Assembly: GCA_038211855.1 (NCBI GenBank)
Contig: JBBQVE010000001.1
Location: 95,309-159,308 of the forward strand
DNA: 64,000 nt
Direction: 5' to 3'
Origin: Candidatus Saccharimonadales bacterium
GTDB taxonomy: Bacteria > Patescibacteriota > Saccharimonadia > Saccharimonadales > SZUA-47
The translations under genes and the position numbers were made by a program. Positions 34,595 through 43,561 of the stretch are shown piece after piece. Below the pieces are notes generated by a model, which was not told the origin of the DNA, made no database searches, and saw only the letters and a program-made list of their open reading frames with translations. Each line of letters opens with the position of its first letter. The first letter of the stretch is position 1.

Positions 34595-34843
34595 ATGAAT
34601 GATGACCAATTCACAAAACTCTTTAAATACATGACTGAACGTTTTGATGAAATTGATAAAAAGTTAGACTCGAAAGCCTCACAAGATAGTTTAAATAAGT
34701 TAATAAACACTTTGGATGGGTTTGTAAAACGACTTGATGATAACGAGACGGAACAGTCAGCACGCGATGCACAGTTTGATCGACTACTTGAATGGGCACG
34801 TGAAGTTTCAAAGAAAACTGGTATTCCTCTTAGGAATCTTTAG
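34595..34843 (+). CDS. Hypothetical coiled-coil protein (82 aa), cassette 3
   Basis: TGgTATAAT lies 6 nt before the ATG, implying a leaderless transcript. Confidence 0.55.
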   Translation: MNDDQFTKLFKYMTERFDEIDKKLDSKASQDSLNKLINTLDGFVKRLDDNETEQSARDAQFDRLLEWAREVSKKTGIPLRNL

Positions 34844-34844
34844 T

Positions 34845-34879
34845 AAAAGTTGCGAAATACGTCCGCTAAGGGCTGCCAA
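34845..34879 (+). repeat. Cassette-end repeat, copy 3 (diverged)
   Basis: AAAAGTTGCGAAATACGTCCGCTAAGGGCTGCCAA, starting 1 nt after the stop codon. Confidence 0.85.
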
Positions 34880-34919
34880 ATTGCTTATGCCTTAAATGAA
34901 CCTCGTTTGTGAGGTTCAT

Positions 34920-35477
34920 TTAATAATAACTAACTGACCTACGTGCGTCTGTCTGATCCCTAAAAATGTGAGGCTGACTATGATCAAAAATAAGTAGGTC
35001 GCCTTCGTTTAATGTTGTTCTCAGGGCTTGTGTTGGTGGTGATAGTTGGTCACTATCGATTTGCCCTCGTTCGAATAGGTATTCAGCTACATCGTGATAA
35101 GGTATGACATCACCTATAAATCCTGAATATTTTGACCCAACTAAGATAGCAGCTTCCACGCTACCGGCTACTGTGTGATGGAGCGTGACACTATTTCTAC
35201 TCCCAGTATCGGTATGTATTTGTGTACCTTTTACTCCACCCCATTCGTCAGACTCGCGCTCTTGGGTTCGCTTAGTACTAAACATACAGTTCATACAACT
35301 TTCTAACTCCTGGATACTTACTCCACGTACTGCATATGCGCCATAAGATTGCCTCTTACCTCGTCGAGCCTTACCTATTGCATCTAGCAGTTCGGGGATT
35401 TGATCATGGTCAAAATCTTCCACAGGCTCGAAATTCACCGTAATTAGTTTTTCAGGGTTTGAGACAAGTTGTGTCAT
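34920..35477 (-). CDS. Hypothetical protein, possibly a 2OG-Fe(II)-oxygenase/cupin-like fold, cassette 4 (reverse orientation)
   Basis: IHTDTG...TLHH and GDLLIFDHSQPH resemble an HxD...H facial triad. The assignment is weak. Confidence 0.4.
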   Translation of the reverse strand: MTQLVSNPEKLITVNFEPVEDFDHDQIPELLDAIGKARRGKRQSYGAYAVRGVSIQELESCMNCMFSTKRTQERESDEWGGVKGTQIHTDTGSRNSVTLHHTVAGSVEAAILVGSKYSGFIGDVIPYHDVAEYLFERGQIDSDQLSPPTQALRTTLNEGDLLIFDHSQPHIFRDQTDARRSVSYY

Positions 35478-35514
35478 TAATGCTATTTTACAATATCTAT
35501 AAGATATATACAGT

Positions 35515-35544
35515 AGTTCGAAGAACGTCCGCTAGGGGCTGCCA
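35515..35544 (+). repeat. Cassette-end repeat, copy 4
   Basis: AGTTCGAAGAACGTCCGCTAGGGGCTGCCA, closing the islet. Confidence 0.85.
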
Positions 35545-35591
35545 GACATAAATTGCGTATCAATGCTGAACGAGTGCTATACAGCAACACT

Positions 35592-36443
35592 TTAAGGTAG
35601 CCAATCTTCTAAAAGTTCGGTGTGCAAACCAGCGGCTTTTTCAGCGTTTAAAAAAGACTGCATGTCTTTGGCGAATTCGGGTCGGAAATGCATCAAGACA
35701 ATATCACCTGGTTTTAATGTGTGACCAATTTGGTATTGCATAGAACCGCCGTTCGCTTTAGCTATCCACAGAACGACAGCTTTCATGCCACAAGCTGCCG
35801 CGGCTCGCTGCGTATCGGTATTGTAGTTGCCGCCAGGTGGTCGGAAGATATTTGGCCGCCTTCCAAACTGCTGAAACTGTAAATCTGCTTCACCACAGAT
35901 TTCTTGTTTTTGGTCAGCATAATTTAAGTTTGAAAGTAGTTTATGATCAATCGTATGATCCTCTACTAATGAACCGGCCGTCACAAAGTCTTTAAAAAAT
36001 GACGAGTTGTCTTTTATGAATCGATTCGCTAAAAAGAGCGAGGCTTTTATGCCATTATCCTTCATCATCTGCAGCTCAAATGCCTGTTTGTTGGCGCCAT
36101 CATCCATACCCAAAAAGACCACTGGTTCCTTGGTCGCCAAACGAATAATTACAGGAGCAAGACCTTTCGTGATGGGCGGAATAGATACATCATGCGTGAT
36201 CGCTGGAACAGCTACCGTTTCTGGTACGGTGGCATTGGCAGGCTTCAAGGGCTCTTCTGCTGTATCCGTTCGTGCACTGACAGGAGATTTACTAGCGGAG
36301 ACAGTAGTCTGGTGCGGACGAATCCAAACAGAATAAGCTCCCGCGGATCCAATCACGATTACTAAGATGAGCATAATGGCTGTAAATGACTTTCTACTTC
36401 CCTGAGAAGCAGGCGCTTTGTAAGTCCGGTGTAACATAAGCAT
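35592..36443 (-). CDS. Polysaccharide deacetylase (NodB-homology domain) with an N-terminal TM anchor
   Basis: FLGMDDGANK (TFDDG-like) and HTIDH (HxxxH) motifs. Confidence 0.8.
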   Translation of the reverse strand: MLMLHRTYKAPASQGSRKSFTAIMLILVIVIGSAGAYSVWIRPHQTTVSASKSPVSARTDTAEEPLKPANATVPETVAVPAITHDVSIPPITKGLAPVIIRLATKEPVVFLGMDDGANKQAFELQMMKDNGIKASLFLANRFIKDNSSFFKDFVTAGSLVEDHTIDHKLLSNLNYADQKQEICGEADLQFQQFGRRPNIFRPPGGNYNTDTQRAAAACGMKAVVLWIAKANGGSMQYQIGHTLKPGDIVLMHFRPEFAKDMQSFLNAEKAAGLHTELLEDWLP

Positions 36444-36608
36444 ATAGTAGCAGGTGAGCTTTCATTATGTAATAATCAGTTGTCACATAAGCCTGTGGGC
36501 GAGCATAGTACTATGTATTTCAACCAGATCCGTCTTAATCTAGCTCCATTTTATTTTTACGGAATTTTGCTATAGGATACGTTTATATTGAAAGAATAAA
36601 GTGACTCA

Positions 36609-37106
36609 CTAAGACTTGCCAATACGATAAAAATAACAGTTATTTTTGAGCAGGTAGTGCTCCATATTCGGAATTGGATAGGCGTAAGTAAGCACAATTG
36701 ATCCTGGCTTTAGCTCTTTGTTCAGTTTCGTTCCCAGTTGTTCCATGAATTTTGGCATGAGAAAAGCAAAGACGACATCTGCTGGACCGAACGACGTATC
36801 CCAAGCGTTACCGAGCTTTACTTTTACGTTTTTGCGACGAGACAGTAGCCAGGCGATCGTCCATACGAAAGGATTGATCTCGTAGCCGGTCGCAAAGGCA
36901 CCTTTTGCGGCAACTTTTCTAAGGAATCGGCCATCACCGCAGCCAAACTCGTACACTTTAGTTCCCGGTTTTAATTTTAGTTGTTTGATAGCAGCATCGG
37001 TATCTTTCGAAAAAGCCGGTACCCAAATCGCACCCTTAAGGCCGCTAATGATAAATCCTGTGCCGACAACAATTATCAGTAAGAGTATAAAGAATTGTAT
37101 TGGCAT
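36609..37106 (-). CDS. Class I SAM-dependent methyltransferase with an N-terminal TM helix
   Basis: Motif I VYEFGCGDGRF. Confidence 0.75.
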   Translation of the reverse strand: MPIQFFILLLIIVVGTGFIISGLKGAIWVPAFSKDTDAAIKQLKLKPGTKVYEFGCGDGRFLRKVAAKGAFATGYEINPFVWTIAWLLSRRKNVKVKLGNAWDTSFGPADVVFAFLMPKFMEQLGTKLNKELKPGSIVLTYAYPIPNMEHYLLKNNCYFYRIGKS

Positions 37107-37244
37107 TTGATGAGATTATACAGGATTAAAGTATGGGCCAGCTTTTGTCATTCTTCGAATATCGAGCGCAAACCATATTCGCCACAGTTTTGAGTTGATG
37201 TTTGGTATCGAAATAGACCCCTTAACACTGGTATACTAGTCAGC

Positions 37245-37679
37245 ATGAAGAAATTTGCCAGTTTAAGATTTGGATTAGCGGTTGTCGGTACTTTTGGTGG
37301 CTGTAGCGCAGAGCGCGATGTCACTGCACTCGCTACACATATGACACGGAGCTGTAAAATCGCGTACCCAGAGCGGTGGCAAACAAATCATTCACTCTAT
37401 GATTCAGGCATAATGCGCGGTCTAGCTGAGCAATTAGATATCACGATTGAAGAAGTGAATGCCGGAAAGTCGGGCCCAATCGAATGCACCCCAGATACTA
37501 TCACGCGCAAAGACGAAGACGGTTCAATCAGAATTAAGATTGGTCATCTTATGTGCTCCCCTGGTGGGCGTGACCCTGATTTAGGTAACGATGAAATGGT
37601 AATTTGTTACCAACCAGCCTCGCTGGAGCCCGCACCAGACATGACTGTATTTACACCGAGTACGCTCTATGACACCTAA
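37245..37679 (+). CDS. Putative lipoprotein
   Basis: Signal peptide with lipobox FGGC. TGgTATACT lies 7 nt before the ATG. Confidence 0.6.
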   Translation: MKKFASLRFGLAVVGTFGGCSAERDVTALATHMTRSCKIAYPERWQTNHSLYDSGIMRGLAEQLDITIEEVNAGKSGPIECTPDTITRKDEDGSIRIKIGHLMCSPGGRDPDLGNDEMVICYQPASLEPAPDMTVFTPSTLYDT

Positions 37680-38313
37680 GCTGCTATTGGCCTCGATTTC
37701 ACCGCGTCGGAAGGTGTTACTGGAGTCTATGGGGCTAGTTTTTGATGTTATTCCAAGTAAGTTCGAGGAACATTTAGATAATGCCCGCTCGCCACAAGAA
37801 GTTGCTCTGGAGCTCGGCTTCGGAAAAGTTGACGCGGTGGCCAAAGATAATCCTGAAGCCTATGTAGTTGGTGGTGACGCGATTGTGGTGATAGATGGCC
37901 AGCAACTCGAAAAACCAGTCGACGAAGCTGATGCCAAAGATATGTTACATCGTTTAAGTGGCCAGACGCATCAGGTCGTTACATCAGTGATAGTAGTTTG
38001 TATAAACGATGACGTGAGAGAGGGTGTCGTCAGCACGGTCGATGTGACATTTAAACAGCTTTCAGAAGAGTTGATAAATAACTATGTTGCGACTGGTGAC
38101 CCATATGACAAAGCGGGCGGATATGCCCGAGAACATCCACTGCTAAAGCCCTACATCACGACTCATGGTGACTTACATGCCGTCAACGGCCTTTCAACGA
38201 TAGAGTTACGCAAACTCCTTGAAAAGCATGGCATTTTAGTACCGAATGATCAGTCAAAAACAGAGTACTTATTCGAAAACGCACGCCCAACAGACCCTAA
38301 TTATTTAATGTAA
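37669..38313 (+). CDS. maf: Maf-like nucleoside triphosphate pyrophosphatase
   Basis: LLLASISPRRKVLLESMGL...KAGGYA. Confidence 0.9.
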   Translation: MTPKLLLASISPRRKVLLESMGLVFDVIPSKFEEHLDNARSPQEVALELGFGKVDAVAKDNPEAYVVGGDAIVVIDGQQLEKPVDEADAKDMLHRLSGQTHQVVTSVIVVCINDDVREGVVSTVDVTFKQLSEELINNYVATGDPYDKAGGYAREHPLLKPYITTHGDLHAVNGLSTIELRKLLEKHGILVPNDQSKTEYLFENARPTDPNYLM

Positions 38314-39149
38314 GTATCGTGACCAGTACGGATATAGACTTCATATTGTTTGAGTAGTGCGCCTATTTGGCGGGTCGTCTGGCCTAGCACTTTCGGCATT
38401 GGCTCCATTTCGGCTTCAGCGATGCGAGTCGCTAAGTCCACCATCGTCTCACCTGGCAAAAGCTCATAGCCTTCCCTTTTGAGTCTTTCGTTAACATAAC
38501 GTCTGGTCTCATCACCGATAGTCCTAAAGCCAATCGCGTCAATACAATCTACAACACTGAGCACAGCACCAAAATCATGGTCGTTTGGCTCGAGAACAGG
38601 AATTGATCTATTTTTGCGATACGTTGCCAGTTTGTTTTCGGACGGATAATTATCAGCGAGGTTGCGGTGATGACCGTGGTGCGTAACGACGTACAGACCA
38701 ACCTTTTGCTTCATTGACTCGTCGGCTTCAGTGACCGTCAGCATCGCATGTAACAGGTGTAAACTAATCTCAGGATGGCGTCTTTGCTCGGCGCGCATCG
38801 TATCAGATTGGTCAGTATCGCATAGCAAGACAGCGCTATTTATGACTAAATTTGCGCAGCCCCATTTGCCAAAATCATGGCCGATGCCGGCTACTCGTAA
38901 TGTGGCAGCTTCGCGAAGACTAAGATCAGCCTCCCAGGCAACGACTGTGCAGCCGTTGGCGACACGCATAGAATGTGTGTCTACCTCGGGTTCGAGACGA
39001 CGACCACTTTCGGTGCCTTGCTCGCTGAAGGTATGTAATAGTTTTTCGGAATCATGAACAATAGTTAAAGCGTTTACCTCTTGTTCGAATTGCTCAAAAG
39101 TGACCGCCATGCAAGTAGTAGTAATAGCATACACAAAATGATTGCGCAA
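38301..39149 (-). CDS. HD-domain phosphohydrolase
   Basis: GIGHDFGKW and VVTHHGHH...NYP, faintly HD-GYP-like but degenerate. Confidence 0.65.
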   Translation of the reverse strand: MRNHFVYAITTTCMAVTFEQFEQEVNALTIVHDSEKLLHTFSEQGTESGRRLEPEVDTHSMRVANGCTVVAWEADLSLREAATLRVAGIGHDFGKWGCANLVINSAVLLCDTDQSDTMRAEQRRHPEISLHLLHAMLTVTEADESMKQKVGLYVVTHHGHHRNLADNYPSENKLATYRKNRSIPVLEPNDHDFGAVLSVVDCIDAIGFRTIGDETRRYVNERLKREGYELLPGETMVDLATRIAEAEMEPMPKVLGQTTRQIGALLKQYEVYIRTGHDTYIK

Positions 39150-39155
39150 ATAAGC

Positions 39156-40970
39156 TTATTTAGCACGCTTGCGCTTGTTGGGATCGAGTTCTTTTTTGCG
39201 TAAGCGAAGGCTCTTTGGTGTCACTTCGAGCAGTTCGTCGTTTTCAATGAAGTCGAGGCACTGCTCAAGACTGAAAATCACCGGAGGAGTTAATTGTACA
39301 ACACCATCTGAACTGGAGCTGCGCATGTTAGTAAGGTGTTTGGCTTTACAAACGTTGATTTCCATATCGTCTGAGCGAGTGTTGAGGCCGATAATCTGGC
39401 CAGCATAGACTTTTTCAGCCGGACCGATGAAATTTGTACCGCGTTCTTCAACATTCTGCAGTGCATATGGCGTGGTGACGCCGGCTTCAAAAGCAATCAA
39501 AACGCCGCTACGAAGCTGTTGCATAGCAGTACCGAGTTCCTGATAGCCAAGTGGCAGCGTGTTCATGATGACGGTGCCTTTGGTGTTGGTCATGAGGATA
39601 TTGCGCATACCTAAAAGGGTGCGGGTTGGCATTTCGTACACAAGTTTTGTGACGCCTTTATTACTGCTGAACTGCTCTTTGAGCGTGGCACGGCGGGCAC
39701 CAAGTTCCATCTGGACTGCACCAACGTGCTCGGCGGGTACTTCTATGATAACTTCTTCGAGTGGTTCCATCGTTTTGCCGTCATCTTGGTGGGTGACAAC
39801 TTGCGGGCGGCCGACTTCGAATTCGTAGCCTTCACGGCGCATAGTTTCGATCAGGACACTGAGGTGGAGTTCGCCACGCCCAGAAACAGTAAAACCGATA
39901 CCGTCTTCTTCGACGCGCAAGCCGACGTTTGATTCGAGTTCTTTATTGAGACGTTCTTTGATCTGGCGAGAAGTGTTAAATTCACCCTCGAGACCCTTAA
40001 ATGGACTAGTATTTGGACCGAGGTAAATACTCAACGTCGGATCTTCAACTTCGAGGACCGGCAGAGCTTCAGGGTTGGTCGCATCAGCAATCGTTTCGCC
40101 GATCTGCACATCAGCAATACCCGTCAATTGGACGATGTCACCGGCAACGCCCTTGCCGACTTCAAAACGGCTGACGCCGCGGCTCATAAAGACATTATCA
40201 ACTTTAGCTTTAACGAAAGTGCCGTCCTTTTTACAAAGAGTGACTTGGTCGCCGGCCTTGACTTGACCACGAGATATACGTCCGATGGCGTATTTACCCT
40301 TGAACGTATCCCAATACAAGGCGTTGATCAGCATTTGGAAGGGCTTATCGATTTCGATTTTTGGAGCCGGAATTTCAGAAATTATCGCGTCAAAAATCGT
40401 TTCTAGGTCGCCAGGAGCGCTTGGGTCGGCAGGAACATCCTTCCAGGCTTTGCCTTCACGACCGATGGCGTAATACACGGGATAATGGAGTTGATCTTCA
40501 TGGACGGCCAGTTCGAGGAAAAGCTCATCAAGCTCATCCCTGACCTCTGTAATACGGCTGGCCTGCTTATCGATTTTGTTAATCACAACGATTGGCTTCA
40601 AACCAAGCGCTAATGCTTTGGAAAGTACGAATTTAGTCTGTGGCATCGGCCCTTCTTGAGCATCGACGATCAGCAAACAACCATCAGCCATGTTCAAGGT
40701 GCGTTCGACTTCACCGCTGAAATCGGCATGGCCTGGGGTATCGACAATATTAATACGGTAGTCATTGTGCTCAACCGAAGTAATTTTGGCAGTAATTGTG
40801 ATGCCACGTTCTTTTTCTTGGTCACCGCTGTCCATGATAAGGTCCTGGCTCATTTCGGCCTGATTATCTCTGAAGGTGTTTGACTGCTTCAAGAGGCCAT
40901 CGACAAGCGTTGTCTTACCGTGGTCGACGTGAGCAATAATAGCTACATTGCGTATCTTTGTTGGGTCCAT
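39156..40970 (-). CDS. typA: Translational GTPase TypA/BipA
   Basis: IRNVAIIAHVDHGKTTL, DTPGHADF, NKID; 604 aa. Confidence 0.95.
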   Translation of the reverse strand: MDPTKIRNVAIIAHVDHGKTTLVDGLLKQSNTFRDNQAEMSQDLIMDSGDQEKERGITITAKITSVEHNDYRINIVDTPGHADFSGEVERTLNMADGCLLIVDAQEGPMPQTKFVLSKALALGLKPIVVINKIDKQASRITEVRDELDELFLELAVHEDQLHYPVYYAIGREGKAWKDVPADPSAPGDLETIFDAIISEIPAPKIEIDKPFQMLINALYWDTFKGKYAIGRISRGQVKAGDQVTLCKKDGTFVKAKVDNVFMSRGVSRFEVGKGVAGDIVQLTGIADVQIGETIADATNPEALPVLEVEDPTLSIYLGPNTSPFKGLEGEFNTSRQIKERLNKELESNVGLRVEEDGIGFTVSGRGELHLSVLIETMRREGYEFEVGRPQVVTHQDDGKTMEPLEEVIIEVPAEHVGAVQMELGARRATLKEQFSSNKGVTKLVYEMPTRTLLGMRNILMTNTKGTVIMNTLPLGYQELGTAMQQLRSGVLIAFEAGVTTPYALQNVEERGTNFIGPAEKVYAGQIIGLNTRSDDMEINVCKAKHLTNMRSSSSDGVVQLTPPVIFSLEQCLDFIENDELLEVTPKSLRLRKKELDPNKRKRAK

Positions 40971-41124
40971 AAATTGTATAATCCTTTAGAATGTATTGTA
41001 ACAGATATCAGCCCAAAAAGCTACCGCTTTCCACTCAGGAGAAAAACAGGGGAAAAAAGGTTGTGCTTTCCACTGTAAGAATTTATACTGTAAATCGATA
41101 GGAACATCAAAAAGAGGGCCTCTG

Positions 41125-42348
41125 TTGAAAGTATTAATGCTAGGTTGGGAGTTGCCTCCGCACTACGTGGGCGGTATGGGGATTGTTTGCGACCAGCTGA
41201 CACGCACTATGGCGAAGCAAGGTGCAGATATCGAGTTTGTATTACCTTTTTATGCCGATTATTCGCATATTACTCATATGAAGGTCACCTCTGCCCTCGA
41301 ACAAGACGCTCAAACTTTGATGATCAGTGGCGGTACGTACGACAGCATGCGCTACGAAGTGACGATGCTCAATGGCAAAAAATACACCAGGACACTTTAC
41401 GATCAGGTGATGGCTTTTGCCAGTAACGTGCGGAATTTGGCGTTTTACGGTGAGTACGATGTGATTCATGCTCATGACTGGCTGACCTTACGAGCTGGAA
41501 TCGAGGCCAAAGCAGTCACGGGCCTGCCCCTGTTCGTCCACATTCACGCCACCGAGTATGACCGTGCTGGCGCGAAGCACGGCAATCCATTAATTCGTGA
41601 GATTGAGTATATTGGTCTGCATATGGCCGATCACATCTTTGCCGTCAGTGAGCGCACCAAACAGACACTGATTGAGCAATACGACATCCCTGCTGACAAG
41701 ATCACTGTTGCTTACAACGTCATGGAGATACATCCTGATTACCTCAAAGAAGACGAAGAAACCTATGTGTATTTGCAAAAAATGCGCTCGCTTGGCTACA
41801 AAGTCGTTGTGAACGCCGGTCGGATGACGGTTCAGAAAGGTATTTATAATCTGGTGATGGCCGCTCGTAAGGTGCTTGATGAGATGCCGAAGACGATTTT
41901 CCTGTTTGTTGGCGGAGGCGAGCAGATTCCGGAACTGCTGGAACTCGCTGCATCGCTTGGTATGTCGGGTAATGTCATCTTTACTGGTCGAGTCGAAGGC
42001 ATTGGTCGACAGTGGCGCGACTGCTTCCGGGCAGCTGATTTGTATGTGATGCCATCTGTTTCTGAGCCGCTTGGTATGGTGCCTTTGGAGGCGATTGCTT
42101 ATGGTGCTCCAACCCTTATTTCAAAACAGTCAGGCATCGCAGAATTCCTGGTAAATACACTGAAAGTTGACCACTGGGACGTGCAGGAAATGGCCAATAA
42201 AATTTGTGCCGTCTTGCAAAATCCTGATTTGCATGATCAGTTACTGTTGAACGCTCAAGCCGAGCACAGGCAGATGAGCTGGAAACCGACGTCTGAGCGC
42301 ATTATGCAGACGTACGACCACGTTAAGCGGCAGGTGGCCATATCGTGA
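41125..42348 (+). CDS. Family-4 (GT-B) glycosyltransferase, glycogen/alpha-glucan synthase-like
   Basis: TTG start, MLGWELPPHYVGGMG, and the EX7E motif EPLGMVPLEAIAYG. Confidence 0.8.
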   Translation: MKVLMLGWELPPHYVGGMGIVCDQLTRTMAKQGADIEFVLPFYADYSHITHMKVTSALEQDAQTLMISGGTYDSMRYEVTMLNGKKYTRTLYDQVMAFASNVRNLAFYGEYDVIHAHDWLTLRAGIEAKAVTGLPLFVHIHATEYDRAGAKHGNPLIREIEYIGLHMADHIFAVSERTKQTLIEQYDIPADKITVAYNVMEIHPDYLKEDEETYVYLQKMRSLGYKVVVNAGRMTVQKGIYNLVMAARKVLDEMPKTIFLFVGGGEQIPELLELAASLGMSGNVIFTGRVEGIGRQWRDCFRAADLYVMPSVSEPLGMVPLEAIAYGAPTLISKQSGIAEFLVNTLKVDHWDVQEMANKICAVLQNPDLHDQLLLNAQAEHRQMSWKPTSERIMQTYDHVKRQVAIS

Positions 42349-43559
42349 GTGAAAAACGCGCCATTGTTTTATACCTGCACGTACACCAACCGTTCCGCGT
42401 GCGCCATTACACTATTTTTGACGCTGGCAAGCACCATGATTATTACGATGCTCCAGAGGGCGACCGCACCAGTAACGCCGACATCGTTCGTAAAGTTGCC
42501 GAGAAATCATATTTGCCAACCAATGAACGTTTGCTAAAGATGTTGCATGATAATCCGGACTTCAAACTGTCGATGTCTATTACCGGTACTGTTATAGAGC
42601 AGCTAGAGCGCTATGCACCCCATGTTTTAGATACTTTTAAAGAAGTTGTTGCCACGGGGCGCGTCGAAATCGTTGCGGAAACTTATCATCATTCCCTAGC
42701 CTTCTTTTATTCCCGCGAAGAGTTCGAGGCGCAGGTCGCTTTGCACCGCGAGAAGATTCAGCAGGTTTTTGGCCTGACGCCGACTGCCTTCCGCAATACC
42801 GAGCTCAGCTATAACAATGATTTGGCTTATTGGGCGGACAAGGCTGGATATAAGGCTATTCTGTGCGAAGGTTGGGATCCAGTGCTCGGCTGGCGCAGCC
42901 CAAATTTCGTCTATCGTCCGGCCTACACTGACAACATCCGGCTACTGACCAAAAACTACAAACTGAGCGACGACATCGCCTTCCGTTTTGGCAATAAGAA
43001 CTGGGAATCATATCCGTTAACAACAGATAAGTTCATGGATTGGACGAGTGCTGCTTGGCGAGAGCCGCTGATTAACTTGTTTATGGATTATGAGACCTTT
43101 GGCGAGCACCAGTGGGCCGACACTGGAATTTTTGACTTTTTGGAGCACCTGCCAAAGGCATGGTTGGCAAAAGAGGGCCATACATTCATGACAGTTACGG
43201 AGGCAGCCGAAGCTTTTGAAGCTGCCGACTTCCTAGATGTGCCAAACACTATCACCTGGGCCGACACTGAGCGTGATTTAACGGCGTGGCTGGGCAATAT
43301 GATGCAACAAGGTTCGATTGGTGCGCTCTATAGTCTGCAGCCGCTAATTATGGGCTCTCAAGACATGGTGCTGATTGAAGATTGGCGAAAATTACAGACG
43401 AGCGATCATTTTTATTACATGTGTACCAAGTGGTGGAATGATGGTGATGTTCACGCTTATTTTAGTCCTTATGAATCACCATATGAAGCTTATATGAACT
43501 TTATGAACGCCTGGCATGACCTGAAATACCGGTTGGCCGAGAAAGGAATCGAGGTTTAG
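42345..43559 (+). CDS. Glycoside hydrolase family 57 protein
   Basis: LHVHQPFR at the N-terminus and MDYETFGEHQW. Its GTG start overlaps the upstream TGA stop. Confidence 0.8.
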   Translation: MSEKRAIVLYLHVHQPFRVRHYTIFDAGKHHDYYDAPEGDRTSNADIVRKVAEKSYLPTNERLLKMLHDNPDFKLSMSITGTVIEQLERYAPHVLDTFKEVVATGRVEIVAETYHHSLAFFYSREEFEAQVALHREKIQQVFGLTPTAFRNTELSYNNDLAYWADKAGYKAILCEGWDPVLGWRSPNFVYRPAYTDNIRLLTKNYKLSDDIAFRFGNKNWESYPLTTDKFMDWTSAAWREPLINLFMDYETFGEHQWADTGIFDFLEHLPKAWLAKEGHTFMTVTEAAEAFEAADFLDVPNTITWADTERDLTAWLGNMMQQGSIGALYSLQPLIMGSQDMVLIEDWRKLQTSDHFYYMCTKWWNDGDVHAYFSPYESPYEAYMNFMNAWHDLKYRLAEKGIEV

Positions 43560-43561
43560 CG

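Noticed and set aside
34159-35544. Classical integron attC sites
   Set aside because: The repeats lack the R''/R' RYYYAAC...GTTRRRY cores and extended imperfect palindromes. No intI-like integrase or attI is present in the window. I kept the region as 'cassette-like' only.
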